From Cetorhinus maximus (Eukaryota), in the NCBI RefSeq assembly GCF_964194155.1, contig NC_135896.1, positions 31,868,001 to 31,932,000 on the forward strand: a stretch of DNA of 64,000 nt, given 5' to 3'. Of the stretch, positions 38,023 through 50,164 are shown one piece after another. The notes under the pieces were generated by a model. That model did not search any database, was not told the DNA's origin, and worked only from the letters and a program-made list of their open reading frames with translations. Every line of letters starts with the position of its first letter. Within the stretch, counting starts at the first letter, position 1. The position numbers were made by a program, and so were the translations under genes.

Positions 38023-39325
38023 CAGGACTCAGAGAAGAAGTCGGGAGGGGCAGGGTCCTGAGCCAGTTATTGGAACAGTAGGGAGGGGTTTACTTTTGAG
38101 TTCTGCAAGTAACCCCTTCAACATGAATTTTATCTTAATTCTTTCTCCAGGTTCGTTTTTCATCGGTCTGATTTAATTATAACACAAAGCAATGAAAGTG
38201 AGTGGTGTCTTCCTGATGTTCACATTTGTACCCCAGAATATGCACCCCAACCCACCTTTCTGTTAGTGAGGCGGGTTGATTGAGATATATTTGAATTGGT
38301 GTAAATATGCTTACATTTTTCAATGAAATAATTTTTTCAAAGCACGCAAAATAAAATAAAAACTGATTGCACCTATCTGCTGAACTTAAACATGAAGAAG
38401 CAAATGAGAGGGAGAGAGTAAAGCAGGATATTCATCTCCCTGAGCTATCACACATTCCAAGTCAAGCATTTCAATTATCAGCCCCTTTAATGCGCTTTCG
38501 CAGAGCAGGAGACAGGGGCTGGGGGCAGAGGCAAATCTCCGGCTCCCATTGGCAGACTGGTAAACTGACGAATTGGGAAATTTCTACTAGCGGCTGCTGA
38601 AAATGCGATATCTGACAGTGAGTCAGGTGCAACTCCGACTTTCCGCTTGTCCAGTCACAACCTCATATTTTCTCTGTCTCTCTCCGTCCACTCCCGTATT
38701 CCCATTTTGGTTTTGATTCTCCGCTCGAGTCCGTCCTTCAGCCACCTGCACTCTCTCTGTGTGTGGAGCGTCACACCTTCCTCAGCTCTGTGCTTAAAAA
38801 CCCTTTTCAATTAGATGCATCTGATGGTAAAAGGTGGAGCTGGGCAATGGAAAAACACTCAAACAAAACCCTAACCCCAACGGAAAAACGCGGGGGGCTC
38901 AACAGGTGGAAGCAGGGAGTGACTGGTGGCACCTGGTGACATGTTACCGTCAGAAGGGTTTTGCAGGAATCCGGATAACTGAATGTACAAAGTGGAGCAT
39001 TTGAGTCCACTGGGCTTCTGACGAAATACCCAAGCCTAATATCCCCGATGTTTTTACTTTTTTTTGTGTGTGAAAAGTGTAAAGATGTGGAAGCAGTGAA
39101 GGACACAAGGTTAGGCAGGAAGATGGTTCCTTGAATCAACAATTCTTGAGGTTGATTTCTGATTAGCTTGTGTGAGGGAATAAATGGAAGTGCCCAGTGA
39201 CAATGATGCGTCAATGGTGGCTTCAATCCTAACACTAAACCTAACTGTAACAATGTTGTCTATAACTTTCAATGGGCATTATAAATAGATGCATAGAGTA
39301 CAAAAACCCAATAAGATTTTCTAAA

Positions 39326-39560
39326 ACAAAAACAGAAAATTCTGGAAAAACTCAGCAGGTCTGACAGCATCTGTGGAGAGAGAAACAGAGTTAACGTTTC
39401 GAGTCCGGATGACTCTTCTTCAGAGCTATCCCACGGATTCGAAATGTCAATTCTGTTTCTCTCTTCACAGATGCTGTCGGATCTGCTGAGTTTTTCCAGC
39501 ATTTTCCATTTTCTGTTGTTGTTTCAGATTTCCAGCATCCGCAGTGTTTTGCTTGGTATC
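39326..39560. mobile_element. Palindromic Penelope pLTR derivative
   Basis: Two inverted pLTR arms meeting near 39425; flanks taagattttctaaa and taggtttttctaaa (12/14 match, probable TSD). Confidence 0.82.
39390..39427 (-). ncRNA. Minimal hammerhead-ribozyme-like core of a Penelope pLTR
   Basis: Minus strand CTGAAGA-A-GAGTC-ATCCG-GACTC-GAAA-CGTT: CUGANGA box, 5-bp stem II, GAAA box, palindromic AACGTT in place of a full stem III. Activity unknown. Confidence 0.6.
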
Positions 39561-40069
39561 TAGGTTTTTCTAAAGCTATATCAATCGACCCCAATGTAAC
39601 TATGGTTCCCAAATTTGGATGCCCGAACAATGTGGGGTGGGAGGGGGGGGGGGGCGGTGGTGTCAAGGGGTTGGGAGGGGGGACAGAGGGGAGATAAGGG
39701 GCCCAGAAACAGGAAAAGCACCAGGGCCCATGATTTCTCTCCCTGGTCCTGGTTCTATCCCCTGGCACTCCACCACCCGAAAACACACCCCAGCATGGTG
39801 AAGCCCATACTGCAGGTTCACAGATGAGTGCGCCTCTCATTCAAACATTCATGTGCCTGGATACATGATGCCTGGACTAGGGCTGTGAAAACAGTGTCTT
39901 CCTCAGACACTATTGAGCCTACCTCGAAAACAGAGAGTGGGTGTACACCCTGTCCTTGCCATCATAAACGTAACCTACCCGCTTTTCCGCCATAGCTATC
40001 TACCCATATACCTCGAGGGTCATCCCCCACCCGGACCTCGTGGAACTCCACTTCCCTCGCCCACTCTGG

Positions 40070-40690
40070 CCATCCCTCCCCGGACAGCCTGTACTCTCCC
40101 TCCCCGGACAGCCCCGCACTCTCCCTCCCCGGACAGCCCGCACTCTCCCTCCCCGGACAGCCCGCACTCTCCCTCCCCGGACAGCCCGCACTCTCCCTCC
40201 CCGGACAGCCCGCACTCTCCCTCCCCGGACAGCCCGCACTCTCCCTCCCCGGACAGCCCGCACTCTCCCTCCCCGGACAGCCCGCACTCTCCCTCCCCGG
40301 ACAGCCCGCACTCTCCCTCCCCGGACAGCCCGCACTCTCCCTCCCCGGACAGCCCGCACTCTCCCTCCCCGGACAGCCCGCACTCTCCCTCCCCGGACAG
40401 CCCGCACTCTCCCTCCCCGGACAGCCCGCACTCTCCCTCCCCGGACAGCCCGCACTCTCCCTCCCCGGACAGCCCGCACTCTCCCTCCCCGGACAGCCCG
40501 CACTCTCCCTCCCCGGACAGCCCGCACTCTCCCTCCCCGGACAGCCCGCACTCTCCCTCCCCGGACAGCCCGCACTCTCCCTCCCCGGACAGCCCGCACT
40601 CTCCCTCCCCGGACAGCCCGCACTCTCCCTCCCCGGACAGCCCGCACTCTCCCTCCCCGGACAGCCCGCACTCTCCCTCCCCGGACAGCC
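40070..40690. repeat. 24-bp minisatellite (cccgcactctccctccccggacag) x24 plus 2 degenerate units
   Basis: Apparently identical units from 40113 to 40688 (576 bp). Confidence 0.97.
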
Positions 40691-41379
40691 TGAAATATTC
40701 CTTCCATCTTTGCCCAGCCACTGCTCCACCCTTCCCCGCCAAGCCTGCCTCCGTCCCCCCCTCCCTTACACATTCTCCAGGCAACTTGCTGCCGTCACCC
40801 GGTCTGAAACATAGCCTGACATTTACAGATGCTCCCCTAAGAGGAGAACACAGTGACAACTCACCCCGTTAATCATGGGAGTAGTCGACCTCGCCAGGTG
40901 CATGCCTCTTATAAGCAGCCGTAAATATGAAAATTCTCATTTCTCACTGACAGGGAACTTACTTTGGCAGAGGATCTTAATTCTGGCGAGCTGGCCTTTT
41001 AATAATAATGCATGAAATGCCAAGGGGGCTTCCTGACATTGTGTGTCGGGAAGCTCGACCCACCTTTAAAGGCCCAAGAGCAGAATTGCAAAAGTGCATC
41101 CTGCCATCAGAAAACTGATTTTTGGCCTTACGCTAATTTAAGATCCACTGCCGGCCAAGCTTCCTGCTGCAGGCAGGCCCGGAAGATTCCGCCCATCAAT
41201 ATTTTCACAACCCTTCAGCAGGCCAAACAGTGCTTGTTCACCCCACCCTCTCTCTCTCTCTCTAAAAAATAAAACTCTGAATGACAAAGTGTTGTGGCTT
41301 TTTAGTTGCCACTCTACTGTCTTTGCTTATCCTCATCATTAATTACCAACTCTCTTCCATTTGCAAATGTCTACGCAAG

Positions 41380-42150
41380 TCATGGGCTGAAGCTGAAGTG
41401 AAGGAGGGCAGCTCTGCTGAGCATACGCCCTCACCAACTCAGGAACTGTCAACCCACATAATTCAGATGCTCAGGCAGATAGTATCTGCACTGGGATATT
41501 CACTGAACATAAGTGCATGGGAAGCAGGGGCAGGAGATTAGGATGTCTCGGGTACCAGCTGGCCGGAGGATTACTTGGCATTCTTGCCCTGCTGCAGAAA
41601 ACACAAATGCAGCCTTCAAGAGGCCAGCCAATTAAAAAAAAGAGCAATGGCTGTATATCGGCCTGCCTCTGAGCAGGCCCGGGCACAATGTCAGAGAGCA
41701 TGGAGAAGTCCAGCTCCAGCTGGGTCATTCACGCAGGTCATAGTAGGGAAGGTAGTCAGGTCTGTGTACACTCCCATGTGGCCCAGAGCCCTGGAGCCTT
41801 GACAGCTTTGATAGAGAATCAGGCTGCTGCCATCTTGGCTCAGGGTTCCTGCATCTCCCCTCCTGTACAAGCATGAAGGCGAGCATGAATAATTGCCTGT
41901 AATGTGTCACTGCACTCCTGCACACTGTTCTCAAACAGGCCATAGGCAGTGATGAGGCTCAGCTCCTTTACAGTGCCAGGGACTCCATGTGGAAGGCCAT
42001 GGTCTGGGTGGAGGATAGGCATGGCCCAAATCCATCAAGGAAATGAGAAAACGAGGCACAGACCTGCATGAGCTGCTGCCTGTAGTCGAACACTGGCTGC
42101 ATATTCAGGGACTGGAAGCCCTTCCTGTTGGTGAGTATTGAATTTCTCCC
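41380..42150 (+). pseudogene. Highly decayed Harbinger Myb-gene last-exon relic
   Basis: MSESMEKSSSS and ALTALIENQAAAILAQ resemble the xMEES coiled-coil region of the other Myb genes; weak. Confidence 0.4.
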
Positions 42151-42299
42151 CCAGTATCTTTCGTCCAAGAGAAATTTCAAGGCTGTAGAGCAGAGAAGTA
42201 ATTTGGATTAAAATAAGTAGAGTGGGTCAGGAAGGGACAGAGAGCTCAACAAAAGTAATAGGACATTAGAGACAAGGGTGACATTGGTGGAAAATAGAA

Positions 42300-42510
42300 A
42301 TAAGCTAAAGCTAAAAGCACTATGTCTGAATGCATTAACCTTTTGCAACAAATAGAAATAAATTATTTTAATCAAATGGCTATTACAGAGATATTGTTGC
42401 AGAGTCACCAAGATTGAGAACTAAATATTCCAAAGGACTTGACTTTTAGAAGAGATAGGCTATAGGGCAAAGCTGAGGGGTGGGGGTGGGAGGGGGAGGT
42501 TAGCTCTGAG
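42300..42510 (+). mobile_element. CR1 endonuclease-domain fragment
   Basis: LKALCLNA...MAITEILLQ...ELNIP...TFRRDRL*GK, APE N-terminal motifs. Confidence 0.7.
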
Positions 42511-42514
42511 AATG

Positions 42515-43900
42515 AGAATAGCATTCTTAACTTTGTCATAGTCACCTAATTGCTCTTCTGAAAGAGGTGAGTACACCTCCAAAGCTCTTCCCATGAAAAC
42601 ATTCTGTAGAAGCATAGTCCAACCTTCTTTAGGTCATTTCAGTTTTGTAGCAACTTTCTCAAATGACACAAATTACATTTCTCCTCCTTCTTCACTAAAT
42701 TTAGGTAAAAGCAAATCTTCATTACCAAATCATAAGTACAAGCTGTTGGCTCTGGGCCATACTCACTATTCCCCTCCAATGTGCAGGCTTTAAGCTTGTC
42801 TCTTTCCAATTTCTTGTGTCTCCTTTCTCCTTTCCTCTCTTTCTAACTTCTCCCTTCCTACTTTAAGCTTTTGCCTTGTTCCTTCTTCTTTCTTTTTTGA
42901 ACTGAAGTTTTTTTTTAAATTTCTCTCCCTCTTTCCTTTTCTTCTCTTTCCAATTTTTAAAAAATTTCTCTTTCAAATTTCATCCTCTCTTTCGCTAATT
43001 CATTTTTCGCTAATTTGTCCTGAATATTGGTAGAACCACCCATTTCTTTCTTAAGCTTCAAGTGCTGAGCCATTACTTCAACAATCACTACTTTCCAGCT
43101 CCTGATTTTGAATTGACCCTTAATTTCTCTACCACAGCCTTCAAATTAACCTTTGTCCTGTTCCAAGGCACCATAAGATAAATCCATTCTTTCCAGCAAG
43201 GTCTGAGTATTAAAGATAACCATGTCGATTTCCACTGAATACAGCAAAATAGATGTGAAATCTTGTTGGTTTAAATTCTGGAAAATTCCAATGTACCCAT
43301 TTCCCTGTCTCAGGGTTTCAAGATCCCAGACGAGCCTCCAATTAGTTACGATCCACAGAGAGACTGATAACTTTTTCAAAAGAAAGGAATCCCCATGAAG
43401 TGAATGGAAGTAAAACTGCTGGACAAGATTTCACTTTTTAAACCTTTTACGGTAACAAACTAAAATCAACATAATTCAATTAACATTTGAAGGATATTTC
43501 AAAAAAGAAAGAAAATTTCACTTTAAATGGTTGATATAACAAAGGTATGCCCTACATTGTTACAAGCACTCACATTAGTTCCCATACAAATATGGGCCAT
43601 GTGCAATTTCACAGTCTTTCCAATTCAACCATTGCTATGCAGGATCTCTCACTTCCCATCCAATAGTTTCAGCCCTTGAGTCACATTCACCAGCAGCCGT
43701 ATTCTATCCAAAGTCCCCGACACTGACATGTCTATAAAACCTCTCTAACTCAGTTCACGACAGTCCAAACGGCATGTATACCCCGGAGTCTCCTTTCTCC
43801 AAATCATTTAAATGGTCTGGTGGGATCTGGCACACCGGAACAATGGGTCTTGTCCAATCCACATTTCTGTTTTCAAAGGTCTGACCTTTCCAACTGTGCA
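42515..43900 (-). mobile_element. Gmr1-like Gypsy LTR retrotransposon 5' fragment (LTR part, PBS, gag)
   Basis: PBS TGGAGGCTCGTCTGGGAT at 43340-43323 (16/18 to the tRNA-Pro PBS); gag relic FVSFEKVATKLK*PKEGWTMLLQNVFMGRALEVYSPLSEEQLGDYDKVKNAIL. Outer LTR boundary not determined. Confidence 0.75.
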
Positions 43901-43915
43901 ACACACAGTAACATA

Positions 43916-44611
43916 GGGCAGAATTTTACGTCACTTGGGCAGGCATGCGCCCGATCTGAACAGATGTGAAATAGCGTGAGATGATGTTGGGTGAGTGTCC
44001 CGACATCATCCTGCGCGTGAGTAATCTTCAGGTCAACAGGCGCGCGCGCAGCAGTAGGAAGCATGTACGCCGACAATTAAGCGGGCAATTAAGCCTTTAA
44101 GGAGGCAATTGAAAACAATTTTTTGTGGCCCCGTCCAATTTTACGGTTGGTGGAAGGGCTAATTGGCCAGGCAGCCTTTATATATTTGCTCAAACCTTGA
44201 TCCAGGGCAGGATGAAATCTCCATGGGGAAATAAAAGAAAAAGATATCTGGGGAGAGTTTTTCTTTATGAGGTACACTTTCAGATGCTTGATTGTGCTGC
44301 ATGGACATATTTTGCAGCATTTTTATTCTTTTGTTTATTATATGGAGGTCTGCAGCTCCCTGAGGCAGCTGTCTGCCTTCAGGGAGCTCAGTGGAAATGC
44401 TCACCAGCACCCATGGTGACATCGGCGCCTGCCCTCTCCCCGTCCCCACCAGCAGCGTTGAGCCTTTATCAGTGTGCGGTTCATGCTGGCTGGCCATTAA
44501 TTGGCCAGCCAGCATGAAATCACAGTCGGGGCCGATTGCAGTTGGGGGTCCGTTTCCTGTCCACTCCCGGTCCCACGATCGTGCGTGCCCGACGAGCGAA
44601 AAATTCAGGCC
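43916..44611 (+). mobile_element. Harbinger MITE
   Basis: TIRs gggcagaatttt and aaaattcaggcc; ATA TSD at 43913-43915 and 44612-44614. Confidence 0.9.
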
Positions 44612-45677
44612 ATAGTATCTGCTCCATACTCAGAGACCTGCTTAAATACCAGTATCTGTTCCAAAAATGCCAAACAGAAAATTGTTCCAGTCGGAGAGAG
44701 CCTTTGTTTTCACTTTACATAAATTCTCAGTGTGAACTGTCAAAAAGAAAACACAGCTGATCCAACACTGATGCAATCAGTTTTCTATTTACACTTTGCT
44801 TCAACAACTTCAGGTCACATGGGCATTTCTTGAACCCTAATGATGCTATAATCAGGAAATAAATTAACCCTCTTTCAGAATACTCTCCAGCCCACTTTGG
44901 TCTTAAAGGAACACTGCACAAAACAAAGTACAGGCTTTTTCCGGCACATGGGTCATCACAAATGGTATGGGAAGGATGAAATGGCATGCCATGGGCATGG
45001 CATAGGAAGAGGGAGAGAGGGAGTGAATGGCATAGGAGGGAGAGAATGGCATAAGGGAGAGGGAATGATATGGGAGGAGGGGGTGGGCTGGCATGGGAAG
45101 TGGATGAGATGATGGAATTGGTTAAGTGTGGAAAAATGGCAAGGACAATTTACTTGGTACAACTTATTATTTGAAAGCTATTCTTTGTGCTGGAAAGGAA
45201 GATTCACTAGATTTGAATGAAGTAGCTCTGGAAAAGCTGTCAGGTGATTTCAGTGAATACATCAGTCTATAATCTCCAGAGTTTTGACACAGTCCAACTC
45301 CAATGGTCATGCCACCACACAAACTTAGAGTCAAGAAGAAGGCAGTTAGACTGTTGTAATGAAATTTGAATCCTATAAGACTTTGGAACAAGACTGGTGG
45401 TTAGGAAGCTGTTTTCTTTGATGATAAATGCTGAAATCATAACAGGCAGATTTCAAGGAAATAGAGTGTCTATTCTGCAAATAATATTGAGCCTATCAGA
45501 CATAAACGCCCTTATTAACTCAGTAGAAAAGAGTACTCAATTAGACTTTCATATTTTACCACTGTAAACAAACCACAAGGCAAGTCTCTTGACAAGATTT
45601 GTATTTATATTCTTAGGCCTGTTTTTACACATGGGCAGTTCTATGTAGCTTTTTCCAGAGTGAGAAATTTTGATTTG

Positions 45678-48375
45678 GTAGGGAGGCAGTTCCAGGATTT
45701 TGACCCAGCAACAGTGAAGGAACGGCAATATAGGTCAAAGTCAGGATGGTGTGTGAGTTTCGAGGGGAGCTTCCAGGTGGTGGTGTTCCCATGTGTCTGC
45801 TGCCCTTTTCCTTCTAGGTAGTAGGAGTCACTGGTTTGGAAGGTGCTGTCAAAGGAGTCTTGGTGAGTTGCTGAAGTGCATCTTGTCGATGGTGCACACT
45901 GCTGCTACTGTGCGTCGGTGGTGAAGGGAGTGGATGTTGAAGGTGGTAGATGGTGTTCTAATTAAGTGGACTGATTTGTCCTGGATGCTGTGAAGCTGCT
46001 TGAGTGTTGTTGCAGCTGCACTCCTCCAGTCAAGTGAAGAGTATTCCATCACACACCTGACTTTTGCCTTGCAGATGGTGGACAGGCTTTGGAAAGTCAG
46101 GATGTGAGTTACTCACCTCAGAATTCCCAGCCTCTGACCTGCTCTTGTAGCGAAAGTATTTATGTGGCTGATCCCATTAGGTTTTTCATCAATGGTAACC
46201 CCATGGTTGTTGATAGTGGTGGATTCAGCGATGGTAATGTCATTGAATGTCAAGGGGTGATGGTTAGATTTTCTCTTGTTGGAGATGGTCATTTCTGGCA
46301 CTTGTGTGACACGTATATTGCTTGCCACTTATCAGCCCAAGCCTGAATATTGTCTAGGTCTTGCTGCATTTGGACATGGGCTGCTTCAGTACCTGAGGAG
46401 TCGACAAATGGTGCTGAACACTGGGCAATCATCAGCGAACTACCCCACTTCTCACCTTATATTGGAAGGAAAGTTATTGATGAAGCAGGTGAAAATGTTT
46501 GGGCCAAGGACACTACCCTGAGAACTCCTGCAGTTATGTCCAACAACCACAACCATACTCCATTGTGCTATGTATGACTCCAACCAGTGTTCCCATTGGC
46601 TCCAGTTTTGCTAGGGCTCCTTGATGCCACACTTGGTCAAATGCTGCCTTGATGTCAAGGGCAGTCACTCTCACCTCACCTCGGGAGTTCAGCTCTTTTG
46701 TTTATGTTTGGATTAAGGCTATAATGAGGTCAGGAACTGAGTGGCCATTAGCAGAACCCAACCTGAATGTCAGTGAGCAGGTTATTGCTGAGTAAGTACC
46801 GCTTGATAACACTTTCAACAACCCCTTCCATCACTTTGCTGCTAATCGAGAGTAGACTGATGGGGTGGTAATTGCCCAGGTTGGATTTATCCTACTTTTT
46901 GTCGACAGGACGTACCTGGGCAATTTTCCACATTGCCCGATAGATGCCAGTTATTGTAGCTGTACTGGAACAGCTTGGTTAGAGGCGTAGCTAGTTCTGG
47001 AGCACAAGTCTTCACTATTGCCGGAATATAGTCAGGACCTATAGCCTTTGCGTATCCAGTGCCTTCAGCCATTTCTTGATATCACATGGAGTGAATTGAA
47101 TTGGCTGAAGACTGGCACCTATGATGCTGGGGGCCTCAGGAGGAGACCAAGATGGATCATCCACTTAGCACTTCCGGCTGAAGATTGACACAAATGTTTC
47201 AACCTTATCTTTTGCACTGAAGTGTTGGCTGTCCCGTTATTGAGGATGGGGGTATTTCTGGAGCTTCCCCTCTAGTTAGTTGTTTAATTGTCCACCACCA
47301 TTCACAACTGGATGTGGCAAGGCTGCAGAGCTTAGATCTGACCCGTTGGTTGTGGAATCACTTAGCTCTGTCTATTGCATGCTGCTTTTGCTGTTTGACA
47401 TGCAAGTAGTCCTGTGTTGCAGCTTCAACAGGTTGACATTTCATTTCTTAGGTATGCCTGCCGCTGCTCCTGGCATGCCCTCCTGCACTCTTCATTGAAC
47501 CAGGGTCGATCCCCTGGTTTGATGGTAATGGTAGAGTGAGGGCTATGGGAGGCCATGAGATTAAAGATTGTGGTTGTATACAATTCTGCTGCTGCTGGTG
47601 GCCCACAGCGCCTCATAGATGCCCAGTTTTGAATTGTTAGAACTGTTCAAAATCTATCCCATTTAGCATGGTGGTATTCTCAATGTGAAGACGAGACTTT
47701 GCCTCCACAAGGAATGTGCGATGGCTACTCCTATAAATACTGCTATGGGCAGATGCACCTGAGATAGGTGGATTGGTGAGGAAGAGGTCAGGTAGGTTTT
47801 TCCCTCTTGTTGGTTCCCTAGACTGGACACCTGCCACAGTCCAGTTTAGTTACTATGTCCTTTAGGACTCGGCCAGCTCAGTCTGTGGTGGTGCTACTAA
47901 GCCAGTCTCCGTGATTGACATGGAAGTCCTCATCCAAAGTACATTCTGCACTCTTGCCACTCTCAGTGATTCCTCCAAGTGGTGTTCAACATGGAGGAGT
48001 ACTGATCCATCAGCTAAGTTGGGATGGGGGGTTGACGGGGGTGGGCGCAGTAGGTGGTAATCAGAAGTTTCCTTGCTTTCTTGCCCATGTTTGAACTGAT
48101 TCCATGAGACTTCATGGGGTCCAGAGTCGATATTGAGAACTGCCAGGGCAACCCACTCCTGATTGTATATCGCTATGCTACCACCTCTGGTCGGTCTGTC
48201 CTGTCGGTGGGACAGGACATACCCAGGGATGGTGATGGTGCCATCTGGGACGTTGTCAGTAAAGTATGATACTGTGAGTATGACTAATTCAGTCTGTTAT
48301 TTGATTAGTCTGTGAGACAGTACTCCCAATTTTGACACAAGCCCCAGATGCTACTAAGGAGGAATTTTCAGGGTT
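45678..48375 (-). mobile_element. Second, more decayed copy of the single-ORF LINE family
   Basis: Collinear with ~14550-17305 (EPTRGKNLPDL, TCAPELATPLTKLFQYSYN, MEYSSLDW); lacks both head and tail. Confidence 0.9.
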
Positions 48376-49240
48376 GTTTCCAAGTTTGCTGATGATACAA
48401 ACCTAGGTGGGAAAGTAAGCCAAAAGGAGGATGCAAAGAGGTTAAACAGGTTAATTGCATGGGCAAAAATGTGGCAAATGGAATCTAATGTAGAGAAATT
48501 TGAAGTTATCCACTTTGGTCGGAAAAAATGGGAAAGATTTTTTTTAAGTGTTGGGAGATTTGGAAATGTTGTTATTCAGAGGAACCTGGGTGTCATTGTA
48601 TTCAAATCAGAGAAAATTAACATGGGCAGCTACAGCAATCAATTAGGAAAGCAAATGGTATGTTGGCCTTTACAACAAGAAGATTGAAGTGTCAAAGTAC
48701 ATAAATCATACTACAATTATACAGAGCCTTGGTGAGACCACACCTGGAGTACTGTGTACAGTTTTAGTCTCTTTTCCTAAGGAGACTTGCCTTAGAGGGA
48801 GTGCACTGAAGGTTCACTAGATTGATCCCTGGAACAGGAATGATTGTTCTGAGGAGAGGTTGTGTAGACTAGGCCGAGGTGAAGATTGAGAGGTGATCTA
48901 ATTGGAGCATATAAAATTCTTAAGGGGCTTCAGAGGGTTGGTGCTGGGAGGAAGTTGGCCCTGGCGGGGGAGTCTATAACTGGGTGAACGCAGTCTTGGA
49001 ATAAGGGGGTGAGTGACTTTTTAGGACTGAATCTTTGAAATCCTCTACCCACAGGAACGGTGGTTGCTCAATCATTGAATACATTCAAGACAGAGATTAA
49101 TAGATTTATGGATACTAAGGGAAGTAAGTGATTTGTGGATCAGATGGGAAACTGGATTTGAGGTAGAAGATCAGCCATGTTCTTACTGAATGGCGATTCA
49201 GGCCTGGGAATGAGCTGCTCCTATTTCTTATGTCCTTATG
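48376..49240 (+). mobile_element. CR1 LINE 3' fragment
   Basis: SKFADDTNLGG, WQMESNVEKFEVIHFG, LYRALVRPHLEYCVQF; tail ctgctcctatttcttatgtccttatg. Confidence 0.9.
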
Positions 49241-49821
49241 TCCAGCACCTTTGCCTAGCTCTTGGTCATGTTATTCTTGTGCTGTTGACCCATGCTCCAG
49301 CTATAGGTTGTGCAGGTTGGGGGCAGTGGCAGCAAAATAAGACCATTTTCATTTACAGCACGGTAACATACATCAGAAGGATGCCAATTTCATTCACATT
49401 TTACATTATGTTGCCATTCTTCAATTCTCAGACAGCAATAATTATATAATTCTCATTGCTGTAAGCCAGAGAGATTTGGTTGCAATCTGGTCTAGGCTTT
49501 TGTGGGAGCAAGGGATAGCCATAGTACTAATCCATTTAAAAACTTTCAAACACCAAATTCAAAATTTTCAAAATCAAATGCTGGCCCCATCACCAATCCT
49601 CCCCCAGAGCATCAGCAGAACCTGACGACAAGGCTAGAAAGGCAAGAAATAAGAATAATTTAAAAAAAGATGGGAAAAGTAAATTATCAAAGCTAAATGG
49701 TAACTCAGCAGGAATCTTTGAGTTTCTTATTTATCACAGGTGCTGGTTGTTCACCACAAACATTTCTCAAATGGAATGTCAAAATTCGCATTTCAGTGAG
49801 CGCAGATCAAATCAGGGTCAG

Positions 49822-50077
49822 TGTTGTAGGGTGGCCGAGTTGTACTATTAATGGTAGAGTTGAACTGCAGACACTTCTTGGGTGGAAACTTTAAGTTTAT
49901 TCACAATATACTCAGCAGCAACTACACGTGTACTTTCAACTCCAACTCTATCTCTACACTGACTGCAGAGGTAGCCCATGCTACTCTCCTATTGGTTACT
50001 ACAGATCATGTGATCTTCCTTAAGCAATATTATTCTTAAAGGTACATTACACACTAAATAAAACCATAATGAATACA
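49822..50077 (-). repeat. Gypsy 3' LTR
   Basis: TG...CA ends; direct repeat of 54220-54472. Confidence 0.95.
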
Positions 50078-50164
50078 TTCCTCCCCTTTTAACTTGACTA
50101 TACATATTATATTTACAAGTATATATTTTTCAAGACAACAAAATATTTACACTGGGTAAGGAAT

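Noticed and set aside
40113-40688. CRISPR-like array
   Set aside because: Units are contiguous with no spacers; eukaryotic intron with no cas genes.
39913-40872. Five long ORFs (217-319 aa) with 8-aa repeats
   Set aside because: By-product of a stop-free 24-bp tandem repeat; no splice or homology support.
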